Sequence record: MH791411.1 | Length of the DNA stretch: 64,000 nt | Strand: one strand, 5' to 3' | Shown here: in pieces, positions 48,754-57,721 of the stretch | How positions within the stretch are numbered: the first letter of the stretch is position 1 | How the letters are laid out: each line of letters starts with the position of its first letter | Program-made: the position numbers and the translations under genes | Notes under the pieces: generated by a model | What the model was told of the DNA's origin: nothing | The model's input: the letters and a program-made list of their open reading frames with translations, nothing else | The model's database searches: none

Positions 48754-49110
48754 CTATGATAAAATCATGATAGGATATTCACTATCTATCAATACCTCGA
48801 ATCCGAAACCTTCGTACCATTCTTTAAGATTAAAGGCGTTATCTTCTCCCGTATCGCATTCTAAGATGATACAATCTGAATCATCGGCGGCATCAATAAA
48901 GGCATTCATTAATTCGTTACCTTCACCATTGCCCCGACTATCAGGATCAACATAAAGAGAATCAATAAACGCTACACGGTCATAATCAAGATCCGGTGCA
49001 ATGATTCCACGTTTAACAAACCAGTACTGCAATTGTGCTACTTTGCCCTGTACTTGATAGCCAGTGATCTCGCCATTGTCAGTAGTACGCGTGATATGTT
49101 GTATTCCCAT
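48754..49110 (-). CDS. GNAT-family acetyltransferase
   Basis: IDSLYVDPDSRGNGEGNELM (acetyl-CoA motif A), WYEGFGF. Confidence 0.85.
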   Translation of the reverse strand: MGIQHITRTTDNGEITGYQVQGKVAQLQYWFVKRGIIAPDLDYDRVAFIDSLYVDPDSRGNGEGNELMNAFIDAADDSDCIILECDTGEDNAFNLKEWYEGFGFEVLIDSEYPIMILS

Positions 49111-49173
49111 GATTACTATCCTCAGTTAAGATATAAAACATTATACACTATCTTTCAGTACTGTCAATACTTT

Positions 49174-49431
49174 TTATCTCATAGATCTATGCCAACAATT
49201 ACGCGGATCTCTTTTAAAAGTACTATCATGATCCTCCTGGCAAGTAATACAATACATGCACCCTATAACGGCCTGGCGTCGATTCTCAGGGATTTTATCG
49301 CCGCAGTCGAGGCAATGTACAAGTGATTCTCTTTGTGCGTTAATTTGCTTTCTAGCGTGGTTAACGGCGGCCTGAATCACTGCATGAATCTCGTCTTGTT
49401 CGGCCCCGTCTTTCGCGTATCCTACTGCCAT
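49174..49431 (-). CDS. TraR/DksA-family C4 zinc-finger protein
   Basis: GYAKDGAEQDEI (acidic tip), CLDCGDKIPENRRQAVIGCMYCITCQ. Confidence 0.9.
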   Translation of the reverse strand: MAVGYAKDGAEQDEIHAVIQAAVNHARKQINAQRESLVHCLDCGDKIPENRRQAVIGCMYCITCQEDHDSTFKRDPRNCWHRSMR

Positions 49432-49760
49432 TATTTTAACCTCATTATAAAAATACTATAGTACTGTAATGCTACAATAATACTACTAGTGTTTATCTTA
49501 TTCAAACCATATGATACTACATATCCACCAGCATTACCACGAATAGTAACGCCTTTGTACTGTCTATATAAATTCAACTGCGTATATTGCCTTTGATCAA
49601 GAATTGATCAGAATTATACGCCTTATGCTAAATTGATCCAGTACTTTTTTGATCATTTATTGATCGATATTATATAGTTACATTTGTGCACCCTATGGGT
49701 TAGTGACGTTCTCGTCTTGATGTAAGTATTATGCCAGTACTGGAGGATATTGTCAATAGA

Positions 49761-49964
49761 TTATTTTAATTTTTTTCTGTCATTGATTAATGCTTTCAGT
49801 ACTATACTAATAACTTGCAATGATTCATCAATGACAATGAAATTATTCTCTTTCATTAGATGATAGTTACCATTGATTGTATATTCTAACGAGTACTGTT
49901 TACGTTTAATTTTTGATAATGTTTCTATTTGTTTTTGTACTGATTTCATGCTAATCATTGTCAA
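49761..49964 (-). CDS. Small hypothetical protein
   Basis: 67 aa, start uncertain. Confidence 0.5.
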   Translation of the reverse strand: MTMISMKSVQKQIETLSKIKRKQYSLEYTINGNYHLMKENNFIVIDESLQVISIVLKALINDRKKLK

Positions 49965-50063
49965 ACGTCCTGTAACGCATTCTAACGAGATAAACGGTTT
50001 AGTACTGGCATTGTATAGGGTAAATGATTAAAGCCCACCAGCGTTAACCAGTGGGCTATAATA

Positions 50064-50207
50064 TTACATCTTGCGGATAATCTTAACAGTATCTTTCACC
50101 GATTTACCGTTTTGCTGACATTGCTCGATCATCGCGTATTGTTCTGCGGTCAGATCCTCGCCAGTTTTTGCCAGTACTGCGTCGATGAATGAATCCAGTG
50201 CGATCAT
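50064..50207 (-). CDS. Small early protein (47 aa)
   Basis: Manual: MIALDSFIDAVLAKTGEDLTAEQY...; followed by AGCCCAC/GTGGGCT terminator. Confidence 0.65.
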   Translation of the reverse strand: MIALDSFIDAVLAKTGEDLTAEQYAMIEQCQQNGKSVKDTVKIIRKM

Positions 50208-50297
50208 TTTATTTCTCTCTTAGGTTAAGTTAACTACTGTTTATAAAACTTATTATACAGTACTATCAATCTATGTCAATAGTACTGGTAATATATT

Positions 50298-50477
50298 TTA
50301 GCGGTAGTCGTCGTATGCTTTATTCACCTGGCGAATATAACTTTCAAAGGCTTCGTCTACCGTTTCATACTCCCGAACATAATCACCATATGAAACTACA
50401 TACATACCTTTTTGATCTTCAAACGTCATGATGATAGAATCCAGACCAACGATTTCAGTTTTTGCGATGATAGCCAT
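50298..50477 (-). CDS. Small early protein (59 aa), weak paralogue of 53416-53628
   Basis: Manual: MAIIAKTEIVGLDS...YVVSYGDYVREYETVDEAF. Confidence 0.65.
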   Translation of the reverse strand: MAIIAKTEIVGLDSIIMTFEDQKGMYVVSYGDYVREYETVDEAFESYIRQVNKAYDDYR

Positions 50478-50560
50478 TTTTTAATTCCTTAGTAGTGTAG
50501 TTGATAAAAGTTATTATGTCAGTACTATCAAACTATGTCAATAGTACTGTGATAATATTT

Positions 50561-50773
50561 TTAGTTAATGATAGTCAGTGTAAAATTGTAATCACCGCAG
50601 CGATATAGCACGTTATTCCCAAATGTCCCAACTAATCGCACATCACACAAAACGCCGGTTTTTTCTTTTACTTCCTTGATACTTGTAACTCCTGTAATAT
50701 CTTTATTAAAGTATTCATGATCTGAAAATAAAACTTGTTTTGCATTTTTTAATTTCGACCGGATATTAGCCAT
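50561..50773 (-). CDS. Early hypothetical protein
   Basis: Own promoter cassette. Confidence 0.75.
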   Translation of the reverse strand: MANIRSKLKNAKQVLFSDHEYFNKDITGVTSIKEVKEKTGVLCDVRLVGTFGNNVLYRCGDYNFTLTIIN

Positions 50774-50869
50774 TTTGTTTTCTCTCTCTGTTAGTGGGGA
50801 GAAGTTTTTCTCCCCTTGATGTAAACTATTATACAGTACTATAATCTATTGTCAAACTATTTTTTTATA

Positions 50870-51211
50870 TTATTCGAAATCTTCTGGACCGGACTGATAA
50901 TCATCTTCACCGTATGCACTTTCTAACCGCTCGCCAGTGTGATCATCAGTTAGTGAGTCATCCTCATAGTTCACGTCTACGCCAGTGATGTAAAACTGGC
51001 TATCGTCTGGATCATTGAAATTAATTTTCTGTATGTTTACAATAACTGTATTGATGCCCAGGACACCGCCATCAGCCGTTACAAAGTACTGATAGTTTTC
51101 GCAACCGCCTGAATTGAAACCGTAATTAATTTCGGCCCGACCATCATTTAAACGCAGTGCCTGGGCGATGATTTCGTTTTCAAAGTTAGATTGAGCAATT
51201 GAGATAGTCAT
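50870..51211 (-). CDS. Acidic conserved-type phage early protein
   Basis: YFVTADGG...VNYEDDSLTDDHTGERLESAYGED. Confidence 0.8.
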   Translation of the reverse strand: MTISIAQSNFENEIIAQALRLNDGRAEINYGFNSGGCENYQYFVTADGGVLGINTVIVNIQKINFNDPDDSQFYITGVDVNYEDDSLTDDHTGERLESAYGEDDYQSGPEDFE

Positions 51212-51433
51212 GATTTGTTTCCTTATTACCAGGGGAAACCGTTTCCCCCTCTCGATGTAAAACATTATACGCTTATTGAGATAGTTTGCAAGTACTTTCT
51301 ACAAATACTTTTAAAATAGTTTTCAGTACTCAATACTCATATAATAGATACACTTATGCACCCTGTGGGCTAGTGAGCTATCTCTCAATGAATATATAAT
51401 AGCAAAATGGCTGACCGGAGTCAACCACTTTTT

Positions 51434-51577
51434 TCATTTATTTTTAGCTTTTAGAATCGCCGCCTTTCGCGTCATGCCTTGCTTGATGTATTCTTGTACT
51501 TTCGCTTTACGTGCATTCGCTTTATTTGCTTTCGTAAATGCCGAACAACTTTTATAGTTTAAACCTGTTGGATTCAT
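51434..51577 (-). CDS. Small basic protein (47 aa)
   Basis: Manual translation MNPTGLNYK...KAKNK. Confidence 0.55.
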   Translation of the reverse strand: MNPTGLNYKSCSAFTKANKANARKAKVQEYIKQGMTRKAAILKAKNK

Positions 51578-51667
51578 TTAAATCACCATAAAGAATAGAT
51601 AGGTTACTAACAACGCCGCGATCAATGCACCGACCAGGGCCGAACTATAGTAAGCTAATGTTTTCAT
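51578..51667 (-). CDS. 29-aa single-TM peptide
   Basis: Manual: MKTLAYYSSALVGALIAALLVTYLFFMVI. Confidence 0.55.
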   Translation of the reverse strand: MKTLAYYSSALVGALIAALLVTYLFFMVI

Positions 51668-51816
51668 TTTTTAGCCTGAAAGTAATGTTTAATTTGAGCG
51701 GCGGTCAGTGCACAATTACGCAGGAAGTTTTCTGTATAACTGCGGCGAGTACTGAAAGAGAATTGACCTTTGCCGTTACCGATAGTAACATCAAACCGAG
51801 CGTTGTATTGTTTCAT
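51664..51816 (-). CDS. Small early protein
   Basis: Start reassigned to MKQYNA. Confidence 0.65.
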   Translation of the reverse strand: MKQYNARFDVTIGNGKGQFSFSTRRSYTENFLRNCALTAAQIKHYFQAKK

Positions 51817-51897
51817 TTTGATTCTCCTGTTATTGGGGAGAATCATTTCTCCCCTTCATGTAAAACATTATACAGTACTAAAAACTAATTGCAAGTA

Positions 51898-52044
51898 CTA
51901 TTTTTTAGATTTACGCAAACTTTCTACCATCTCAGGAGTAAGGCCCGGCGGGTAGGAAACTACTTCATCAACGAAACGTAAAGGGAATACCCCAGCGAAA
52001 GGTGAACGTGCTTTCTTAGTATTACTCTTTTTTGATGCTTTCAT
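51898..52044 (-). CDS. Small early protein (48 aa)
   Basis: Manual: MKASKKSNTKKARSPFAG...; own promoter cassette. Confidence 0.6.
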   Translation of the reverse strand: MKASKKSNTKKARSPFAGVFPLRFVDEVVSYPPGLTPEMVESLRKSKK

Positions 52045-52113
52045 TTCATATTCCTTAATTAGTGGGGAGAATCATTTCTCCCCTTCATGTAAAACATTAT
52101 ACGCGTTTAAAAA

Positions 52114-52323
52114 CTAATTGCAAGTACTATTTGAAAGTAAATGCTCATACGCTGCATTAACTACGTTTTCAATAACCGACTGTACAGAAAGATCCCCCAC
52201 GTCCTGGCTATAGTAGAAATCGCTTACAGTGGTGTCATCGTATGCAAATACTTTACCAGGTACTGCATCAATCACATACATATTAACCTTTAAGATGTCG
52301 ATCTTATCCTGTACAGTAAGCAT
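52114..52323 (-). CDS. Early hypothetical protein
   Basis: 69 aa. Confidence 0.7.
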   Translation of the reverse strand: MLTVQDKIDILKVNMYVIDAVPGKVFAYDDTTVSDFYYSQDVGDLSVQSVIENVVNAAYEHLLSNSTCN

Positions 52324-52328
52324 ATTAA

Positions 52329-52601
52329 TTAACCTTTTAAGTACTGGCTTAAGTAGTCTTGTTGATCTTCGGTGATTGCAGCCATCTTCCCTAGTACTGG
52401 ATTAATGATATAATCCCCTGTAACGTCCTGTAACGCATTCTCAGGCGGTTTAACGGCTGGGGTAGCCATAGCCATCGCCTGGACTTGTTCGACGCTATAA
52501 CGCTCATATAGGCGGCATTCTTCCGGTGTTAACATAGCATCAATGCGTTTCATTGGTTTAATGATGCTTTCAACTTCATTCAGTACTTGATTAACGTTCA
52601 T
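52329..52601 (-). CDS. Early hypothetical protein
   Basis: 90 aa. Confidence 0.75.
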   Translation of the reverse strand: MNVNQVLNEVESIIKPMKRIDAMLTPEECRLYERYSVEQVQAMAMATPAVKPPENALQDVTGDYIINPVLGKMAAITEDQQDYLSQYLKG

Positions 52602-52652
52602 GGTATAATCCCCAATATAAGCGGCCTGAATCGACCGCTAACGATGTTTTGA

Positions 52653-52922
52653 TTAATAGGTGTATGGTTGACGTTCAAACAATGATTGCACGTTGTACGC
52701 CCCACTAATGGGCTTTGCTGGTAAATCAATTTTATATTGCTCACGCTTAAAGATAATAAAACGGCAATTGTTTTTAACATCAAAATTGATTGAACGTTCC
52801 AGTAGTTTACCATCGTGCACAAATACAAGATAACCGCTCGCTACTTGTTTTGTAGTACTGGTTGCAACCATAGACCGCCGAACATGTGTACCTGCGTCGA
52901 TTAAAGTACTGATATTTTTCAT
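52653..52922 (-). CDS. Early hypothetical protein
   Basis: 89 aa, GAGG SD. Confidence 0.7.
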   Translation of the reverse strand: MKNISTLIDAGTHVRRSMVATSTTKQVASGYLVFVHDGKLLERSINFDVKNNCRFIIFKREQYKIDLPAKPISGAYNVQSLFERQPYTY

Positions 52923-53002
52923 TATACGTTCCTCTTAAGTTAATTTAATTTCTTTCCCCTATGCAGACACTATATCAAAGTATCTGCATAAAGTAAAGCT
53001 AA

Positions 53003-53326
53003 TTAAAGATCTTTTTTGCGTTTAACATTCTGTACAGTACAATGCAACGGGATATTAAGATCATTGCACAAACGAGTAAGGGAGGTTTCATCAGTATTAA
53101 GCCCGTCTACTGATTCCTTTAATAGATCTAACGCCGTTTGTTGATATGCATCTTCATAGCCATAAGTAAATGATTCAACCGCCAGATCATTCAAACCGTT
53201 ATCCAGTTCGACGCTTACATGACAAGAATGATAAGTATTGCCATATGAATCAGTCCAACGTTTACCGTCAACATTGATTGCACGGATTGCAGCCAGGGAA
53301 ACGGTGTTAATGATAGTTTTAGCCAT
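53003..53326 (-). CDS. Early protein, paralogue of 46160-46483
   Basis: RWTDSYGNTYHSC. Confidence 0.8.
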   Translation of the reverse strand: MAKTIINTVSLAAIRAINVDGKRWTDSYGNTYHSCHVSVELDNGLNDLAVESFTYGYEDAYQQTALDLLKESVDGLNTDETSLTRLCNDLNIPLHCTVQNVKRKKDL

Positions 53327-53415
53327 TTTTGTATTCCTTAAATTAATATGTTGTCTTGATAAAATCTATTATGCCAGTACTATCAAACTATGTCAATAGT
53401 ACTGTGATAATATTT

Positions 53416-53628
53416 TTACTTACTTTCTTTCGCTGCTTTGTGCGTTGCCACTGCCATAACCACATCAGCACGAACAAAGTTTTTAACCGTGTCGCTGTAA
53501 TAATTGATCGCTTCATCAATATCTGCGAACATCCGATACATACCGCACCACGATACTTTATAACCTGCTTTCACTTCTTCCAGCTTAACCAGTGATTTGT
53601 TAACTTTGATTTTAGTAATGATAGCCAT
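53416..53628 (-). CDS. Early hypothetical protein
   Basis: Flanked by ~75-bp direct repeats of a promoter (about 53350-53420 and 53643-53715). Confidence 0.75.
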   Translation of the reverse strand: MAIITKIKVNKSLVKLEEVKAGYKVSWCGMYRMFADIDEAINYYSDTVKNFVRADVVMAVATHKAAKESK

Positions 53629-53707
53629 TTTATTTTCCTCAGTTGTCTTGATAAAATCTATTATGCCAGTACTATCAAACTATGTCAATAGCACTGTGAT
53701 AATATTT

Positions 53708-53851
53708 TTACTTACTTTTTGCTTTCTTGATTGCTTCCACCTGGTCGGCCCATTCTTTACCCCATACTTGTAAATTATAATGGTACTGGCAAAGAGCAAC
53801 GCCCCGCTTTAAACCCGTAATAGATTTCTGACCACATTGACAAGTTTTCAT
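53708..53851 (-). CDS. Small Cys-rich protein (47 aa)
   Basis: Manual: MKTCQCGQK...ALCQYH. Confidence 0.6.
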   Translation of the reverse strand: MKTCQCGQKSITGLKRGVALCQYHYNLQVWGKEWADQVEAIKKAKSK

Positions 53852-53937
53852 TTTAGTTTCCTTGTAGTGGGGAGAACCATTTTCTCCCCTTGATGTAATG
53901 TATTATACTTTATTCGATTTACTTTGCAAGTACTTTT

Positions 53938-54165
53938 TTAATTTAATTCATCAAGGCAAAGGATACGCTCAACGCCCAAATCAGTTAAACTAATCGACGG
54001 CACTTGATAGGTTTCAATGTATGCTACACTTGCCCACTGACCGAACTCATTAACGGCCCAGGTATTCATTGCATTTTGCAATTCCGCACCTTCCTTGTTG
54101 GTAATGACTGCAACTACTTGTTCGTTGCCAGTAGTACCAGATACGCGAGTAATGATAATAGCCAT
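53938..54165 (-). CDS. Early hypothetical protein
   Basis: Start reassigned to MAIIIT. Confidence 0.7.
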   Translation of the reverse strand: MAIIITRVSGTTGNEQVVAVITNKEGAELQNAMNTWAVNEFGQWASVAYIETYQVPSISLTDLGVERILCLDELN

Positions 54166-54450
54166 TGTTTTGATTCCTTTGATTTGGAAGGAGAACCGTT
54201 TCCCCCTCTCGATGTAAAACATTATACGCTAATCTCTTAATCGTGCAAGTACTTTTTATTACTTTTTGCAAAATACTTTAAACGCTCTCAATCGCGTTCT
54301 TACAGCCTTAACGCCACCAGCTAGGGCAATGCATCAGATAATCAGTTTAATGCGTTAGAATCGTTTCTAGGCGGTGCTGGTGGCATGGTAAACGATAAAC
54401 ACAAAAAAGCCCACCGTTTAAGGTGGGCTAGTGATTCAGTACTTTAATTG

Positions 54451-54933
54451 TTATGCTTCAACTTTGCGATGAGATTCGATCCATTCCTCGCGAGTCATAC
54501 CGCTGGCGTTAATCGCGTCCAGTACTACCGCAATGCAGTTACCACGCACCGGAATCAGATATTCTTCCCCGTTGTCCAGTACTACCGCTACGCGTTCCTG
54601 AATCCATTTTTTGGCTTTTACTTCTGGCTTGTCTTCCCCATACTTAACCGCCAGGGCTTTTTGTGCCATCTCTGTAACTACTTCCAGATCCAATCCAACT
54701 ACTGCCGCCTGAATACTTTCGATTGTTGCTTGTAGTTCTGCTTCACGGGCCGCCTTTGCCGCTTCAATTTCTGCCGCTTTATTTGCTTGTAGTTCTTTCG
54801 CAGTACTGTACGCGATGTTAAAATTATTGCGTACCGCTTTCATGGTATCGTTATCCAGTTCAGCCAGGATCTCAGCCGCGACGTTAGTTTCATTTGCTAC
54901 CAGTGCTTTGATGAATGATTTTACATTAGCCAT
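54451..54933 (-). CDS. H-NS/StpA-like protein with altered DNA-binding motif
   Basis: Coiled-coil N-terminus; C-terminus KAK..DNGE.7.GNCIAVVLDAINASGMTREEWI aligns by eye to H-NS KAK..ENGE.7.[22 protein letters not shown]. Confidence 0.65.
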   Translation of the reverse strand: MANVKSFIKALVANETNVAAEILAELDNDTMKAVRNNFNIAYSTAKELQANKAAEIEAAKAAREAELQATIESIQAAVVGLDLEVVTEMAQKALAVKYGEDKPEVKAKKWIQERVAVVLDNGEEYLIPVRGNCIAVVLDAINASGMTREEWIESHRKVEA

Positions 54934-54997
54934 TTTATAAATCCTCAATTAAAGTTTAGTTTACGTTTATTAGTGTATCAAAGTTTTCTCGACGTGT

Positions 54998-55050
54998 CCA
55001 GTTTTTCGTTCGACTTACTGGCGGTCTACTTAGTGCTCCCCGTCTTGATG
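54998..55050 (-). ncRNA. Structured RNA motif, copy 3 (5' leader of H-NS-like gene)
   Basis: CCAGT-AAGTCGAACGAAAA-ACTGG; compensatory version of copies 1 and 2. Confidence 0.6.
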
Positions 55051-55166
55051 TAATACATTCTACGCTTTTCTGCGGTAATGTCAACTACTTTCTTAAAACT
55101 ATTTTCAAAGTATCTCAGTACTACGATACTACAAAAACAAAAAAGCCCACCAGGTGGGCTATGTAC

Positions 55167-55397
55167 TTAATCAGTGAGTAAAATATTAAACACTTTACCA
55201 TTTAACGTTATTGGTGCACTGCTACCAGGCACAAGATCCGTTAGTATACCTGCAATCGCTTTATCATTGGCTACCTTTCCAGTGTCCAACAGTACTACAG
55301 TACTGATAAGATTAACGCTCGTTTCAATATCATAATGCACGGCGTTAAGTAGTTGTGTAGTACTGCTTTCGTTAAGTAAAACAATTCGCTTAGTCAT
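55167..55397 (-). CDS. Early hypothetical protein
   Basis: 76 aa, followed by terminator at ~55137-55160. Confidence 0.65.
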   Translation of the reverse strand: MTKRIVLLNESSTTQLLNAVHYDIETSVNLISTVVLLDTGKVANDKAIAGILTDLVPGSSAPITLNGKVFNILLTD

Positions 55398-55418
55398 GAT
55401 GTTACCCCGTAGTATCTA

Positions 55419-55718
55419 TCAACGGCAATTAATAACGCCGGTATGAGTTACTTTCTCGGTATCCATTACAGTGACCGAACCGCGTTTAGCACTGGCATCA
55501 TAATAAATTGTCGTGCTACCGTTTTCGTCTTCTTCATGGAACGGGCCGTTTTTAAATGCTTCCGGCTGGATCTCTAAATCCTTTAATACAATCTCGCCAG
55601 TTCTTTCATCGGTCATTGCAACAGTGCACTGAATGAATTTTTCACTACTTACATCTAATGACGCATTAACAGCGAAAGAGGAAACAGATAAAGCCAGGGC
55701 GATGATTGCAATTTTCAT
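55419..55718 (-). CDS. Secreted/periplasmic protein
   Basis: Sec signal MKIAIIALALSVSSFAVNA. Confidence 0.75.
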   Translation of the reverse strand: MKIAIIALALSVSSFAVNASLDVSSEKFIQCTVAMTDERTGEIVLKDLEIQPEAFKNGPFHEEDENGSTTIYYDASAKRGSVTVMDTEKVTHTGVINCR

Positions 55719-55802
55719 TTGATTATCCTTAGTTACCAGGGGAAACCGTTTCCCCTTGCGATGTAAAATATTATACAGTACTAAAAACTAATTGCAAGTA
55801 CT

Positions 55803-56039
55803 TTATGATTTTTTATAAAACATTTCAGCAGTGATATTTTTACCCGTTGGCTGTACTTTATCCAGAATTTTTTGATGCCCTGGTCGTCCAAAGGAATATG
55901 ATCCGTAAACAGTAAACCAGTAGTTACCCTCAGTGTTTACATGTACAGCACAATAAGGAACACCACGCGATTCATCACTAGTAAAGTGTGATACCGTTCC
56001 CGTTACATTCGCAGACGTTGATTTGATTTGTTCGACCAT
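55803..56039 (-). CDS. Early hypothetical protein
   Basis: Own cassette. Confidence 0.75.
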   Translation of the reverse strand: MVEQIKSTSANVTGTVSHFTSDESRGVPYCAVHVNTEGNYWFTVYGSYSFGRPGHQKILDKVQPTGKNITAEMFYKKS

Positions 56040-56147
56040 TTTCTTATTCCTTAGTTACCAGGGGAACCGCTCCCCCTATGCAAAACATTATACGCGTTTA
56101 AAAACTAATTGCAAGTATTTTAATAAAAAGTATTTGAAAAATAGTTG

Positions 56148-56216
56148 TTGACAAGTGCATCCAGTACTGGCATAATTACTACATCAAGACGAAACAGTCA
56201 CTAACCCACCGGGTGC
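56148..56216 (+). promoter_or_regulatory. Antisense sigma70 promoter with RCCC-hairpin, no ORF
   Basis: TTGACA-17-CATAAT; AACCCACCGGGTGC at 56203. Confidence 0.75.
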
Positions 56217-56282
56217 CGAGATCCGTCTATTAAATGATTCAGTACTGAAAAAGTAACGGGGAGTTATTATCTCCCCGTGTTG

Positions 56283-56504
56283 TTATTTTGTAAGGTATAA
56301 ACAGAAGTCGCCTTTATTTGCTACGCCGCCAGTGTAACGCGAGGAATAGTTAGAAACGTCCTGGACTTCTGCTATTACCAGGGTATCATCATTCAATTCG
56401 TCGCAGAAGCAAACGGCTGGATCTTGTACGCCGATTTTGTCGGCATGTTCCCGCATAGATTTAACCAGTGCTTCCAGTTGGGAAAGAGTAGTGATATTAG
56501 CCAT
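56283..56504 (-). CDS. Early hypothetical protein
   Basis: Start reassigned to MANITT. Confidence 0.7.
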   Translation of the reverse strand: MANITTLSQLEALVKSMREHADKIGVQDPAVCFCDELNDDTLVIAEVQDVSNYSSRYTGGVANKGDFCLYLTK

Positions 56505-56588
56505 TTTATTTTCCTCATTACCAGGGAGAACCATTTCTCCCTTTGATGTAAACCATTATACAGTACTGAAAACTAATTGCAAGTACTT

Positions 56589-56777
56589 TTAATTAAATTC
56601 CATAAAATCATTTTCAACGTGCACAACAATCTGATTATTTTTAAAGGACGCAGAAAACTCTATACAATCATAAACCGCTTTTTCTGTTACCAGACTATGA
56701 GCACCAATCGGATTAATTGGGGATTGAATTGTTTCAATCTCGTTACCTTGTTCATTAACGATTAAAATATTAAACAT
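56589..56777 (-). CDS. Early hypothetical protein
   Basis: AGGAG SD. Confidence 0.7.
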   Translation of the reverse strand: MFNILIVNEQGNEIETIQSPINPIGAHSLVTEKAVYDCIEFSASFKNNQIVVHVENDFMEFN

Positions 56778-56816
56778 TGCCGTTACTCCTGGATAGTGTT
56801 AACTCGATATAAAGTA

Positions 56817-56999
56817 TTATACGCCTTTATTGCTTAGTGTCCAGTGATCACGCATCATACGCCCCGCACGATCCCAGCTAGTAGGCATGGGTATGCCTTG
56901 CAATTCGTTAGGGGAGATCTCGACCTCGATCCCTACATCAATAACAGTCATTCCAGCTTTCGCAGCTTGCTCGCGGATAACCTCAGATAATGTTGTCAT
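56817..56999 (-). CDS. Early hypothetical protein
   Basis: AGGAG SD. Confidence 0.7.
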   Translation of the reverse strand: MTTLSEVIREQAAKAGMTVIDVGIEVEISPNELQGIPMPTSWDRAGRMMRDHWTLSNKGV

Positions 57000-57073
57000 G
57001 ATTAAAGCTCCTGGATAGTGTTAACTCGATATAAAGTATTATACAGTACTGAAAACTAATTGCAAGTACTTTT

Positions 57074-57334
57074 TTAATATTGTTTGTCGTCGTCTTCCTC
57101 GATGAATTGACCGACGAAATGATCTACTTTCGCTTTGAGGCTTTTATAATCTTCTTCTACTTCCGTTAAACGTTCCTGGTAGTATTCCAATGCTTCAAGA
57201 TACGCCGCCTCAGCAGTTTTTGCACGCATAGCTAAATTCATTCCACGCGTTTCATCAAATAGCCAATAACCATCGGTGCACTGGCTAATAGATAATGACT
57301 TGCTTAGTACTGTATAGCTAATTACTTTACTCAT
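57074..57334 (-). CDS. Conserved-type phage early protein
   Basis: SQCTDGYWLFDETRGMNLAMRAKT. Confidence 0.8.
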   Translation of the reverse strand: MSKVISYTVLSKSLSISQCTDGYWLFDETRGMNLAMRAKTAEAAYLEALEYYQERLTEVEEDYKSLKAKVDHFVGQFIEEDDDKQY

Positions 57335-57391
57335 TAGATAACCCTCAGTAAAGGCGGGAACTATTACCCGCCATTATCTCAGTACTGAATA

Positions 57392-57631
57392 TTACATTCC
57401 AACCATTGCAGCACGGATCGCAGTAGTGCTATACTTAAAGCCGTCCGGCGTTGTAGTAGTACCGTTGGCTTTTAATCTGCGGTACATACATTCCGCAGCA
57501 ATATCTTTAGTTCTACTTTGTGCGATGCAACTTTGAGCAAGCCGATACAATGACTCACCGTTATTAATCCAAAGGCTTACATTCCAATGAGTTTTGTTTT
57601 TGTGTCCGTTGTAAGTTTTAGTACTAGCCAT
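57392..57631 (-). CDS. Early protein, paralogue of 59432-59671
   Basis: YNGHKNKTHWNVSLWINN...TPDGFKYSTTAIRAAMVGM. Confidence 0.8.
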   Translation of the reverse strand: MASTKTYNGHKNKTHWNVSLWINNGESLYRLAQSCIAQSRTKDIAAECMYRRLKANGTTTTPDGFKYSTTAIRAAMVGM

Positions 57632-57721
57632 TTTTAAATCCTCGTTTGAGCGGGGAACCACTCCCCGCCTCGATATAAAGTATTATACGCTTTTAAACTT
57701 AGTTTGCAAGTACTTTTTAAA

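Noticed and set aside
41326-51430. Repeated ~70-100 bp modules as a CRISPR-like array
   Set aside because: Copies are kilobases apart and separated by genes, with no regular spacers and no cas genes.
50031-55160. Terminators with AGCCCAC arms (50031, ~54405, ~55140) might be targeted by the RCCC-hairpin RNAs
   Set aside because: Complementarity is only 7-8 nt and to the 3' arm; GCCCAC stems are common in terminators.
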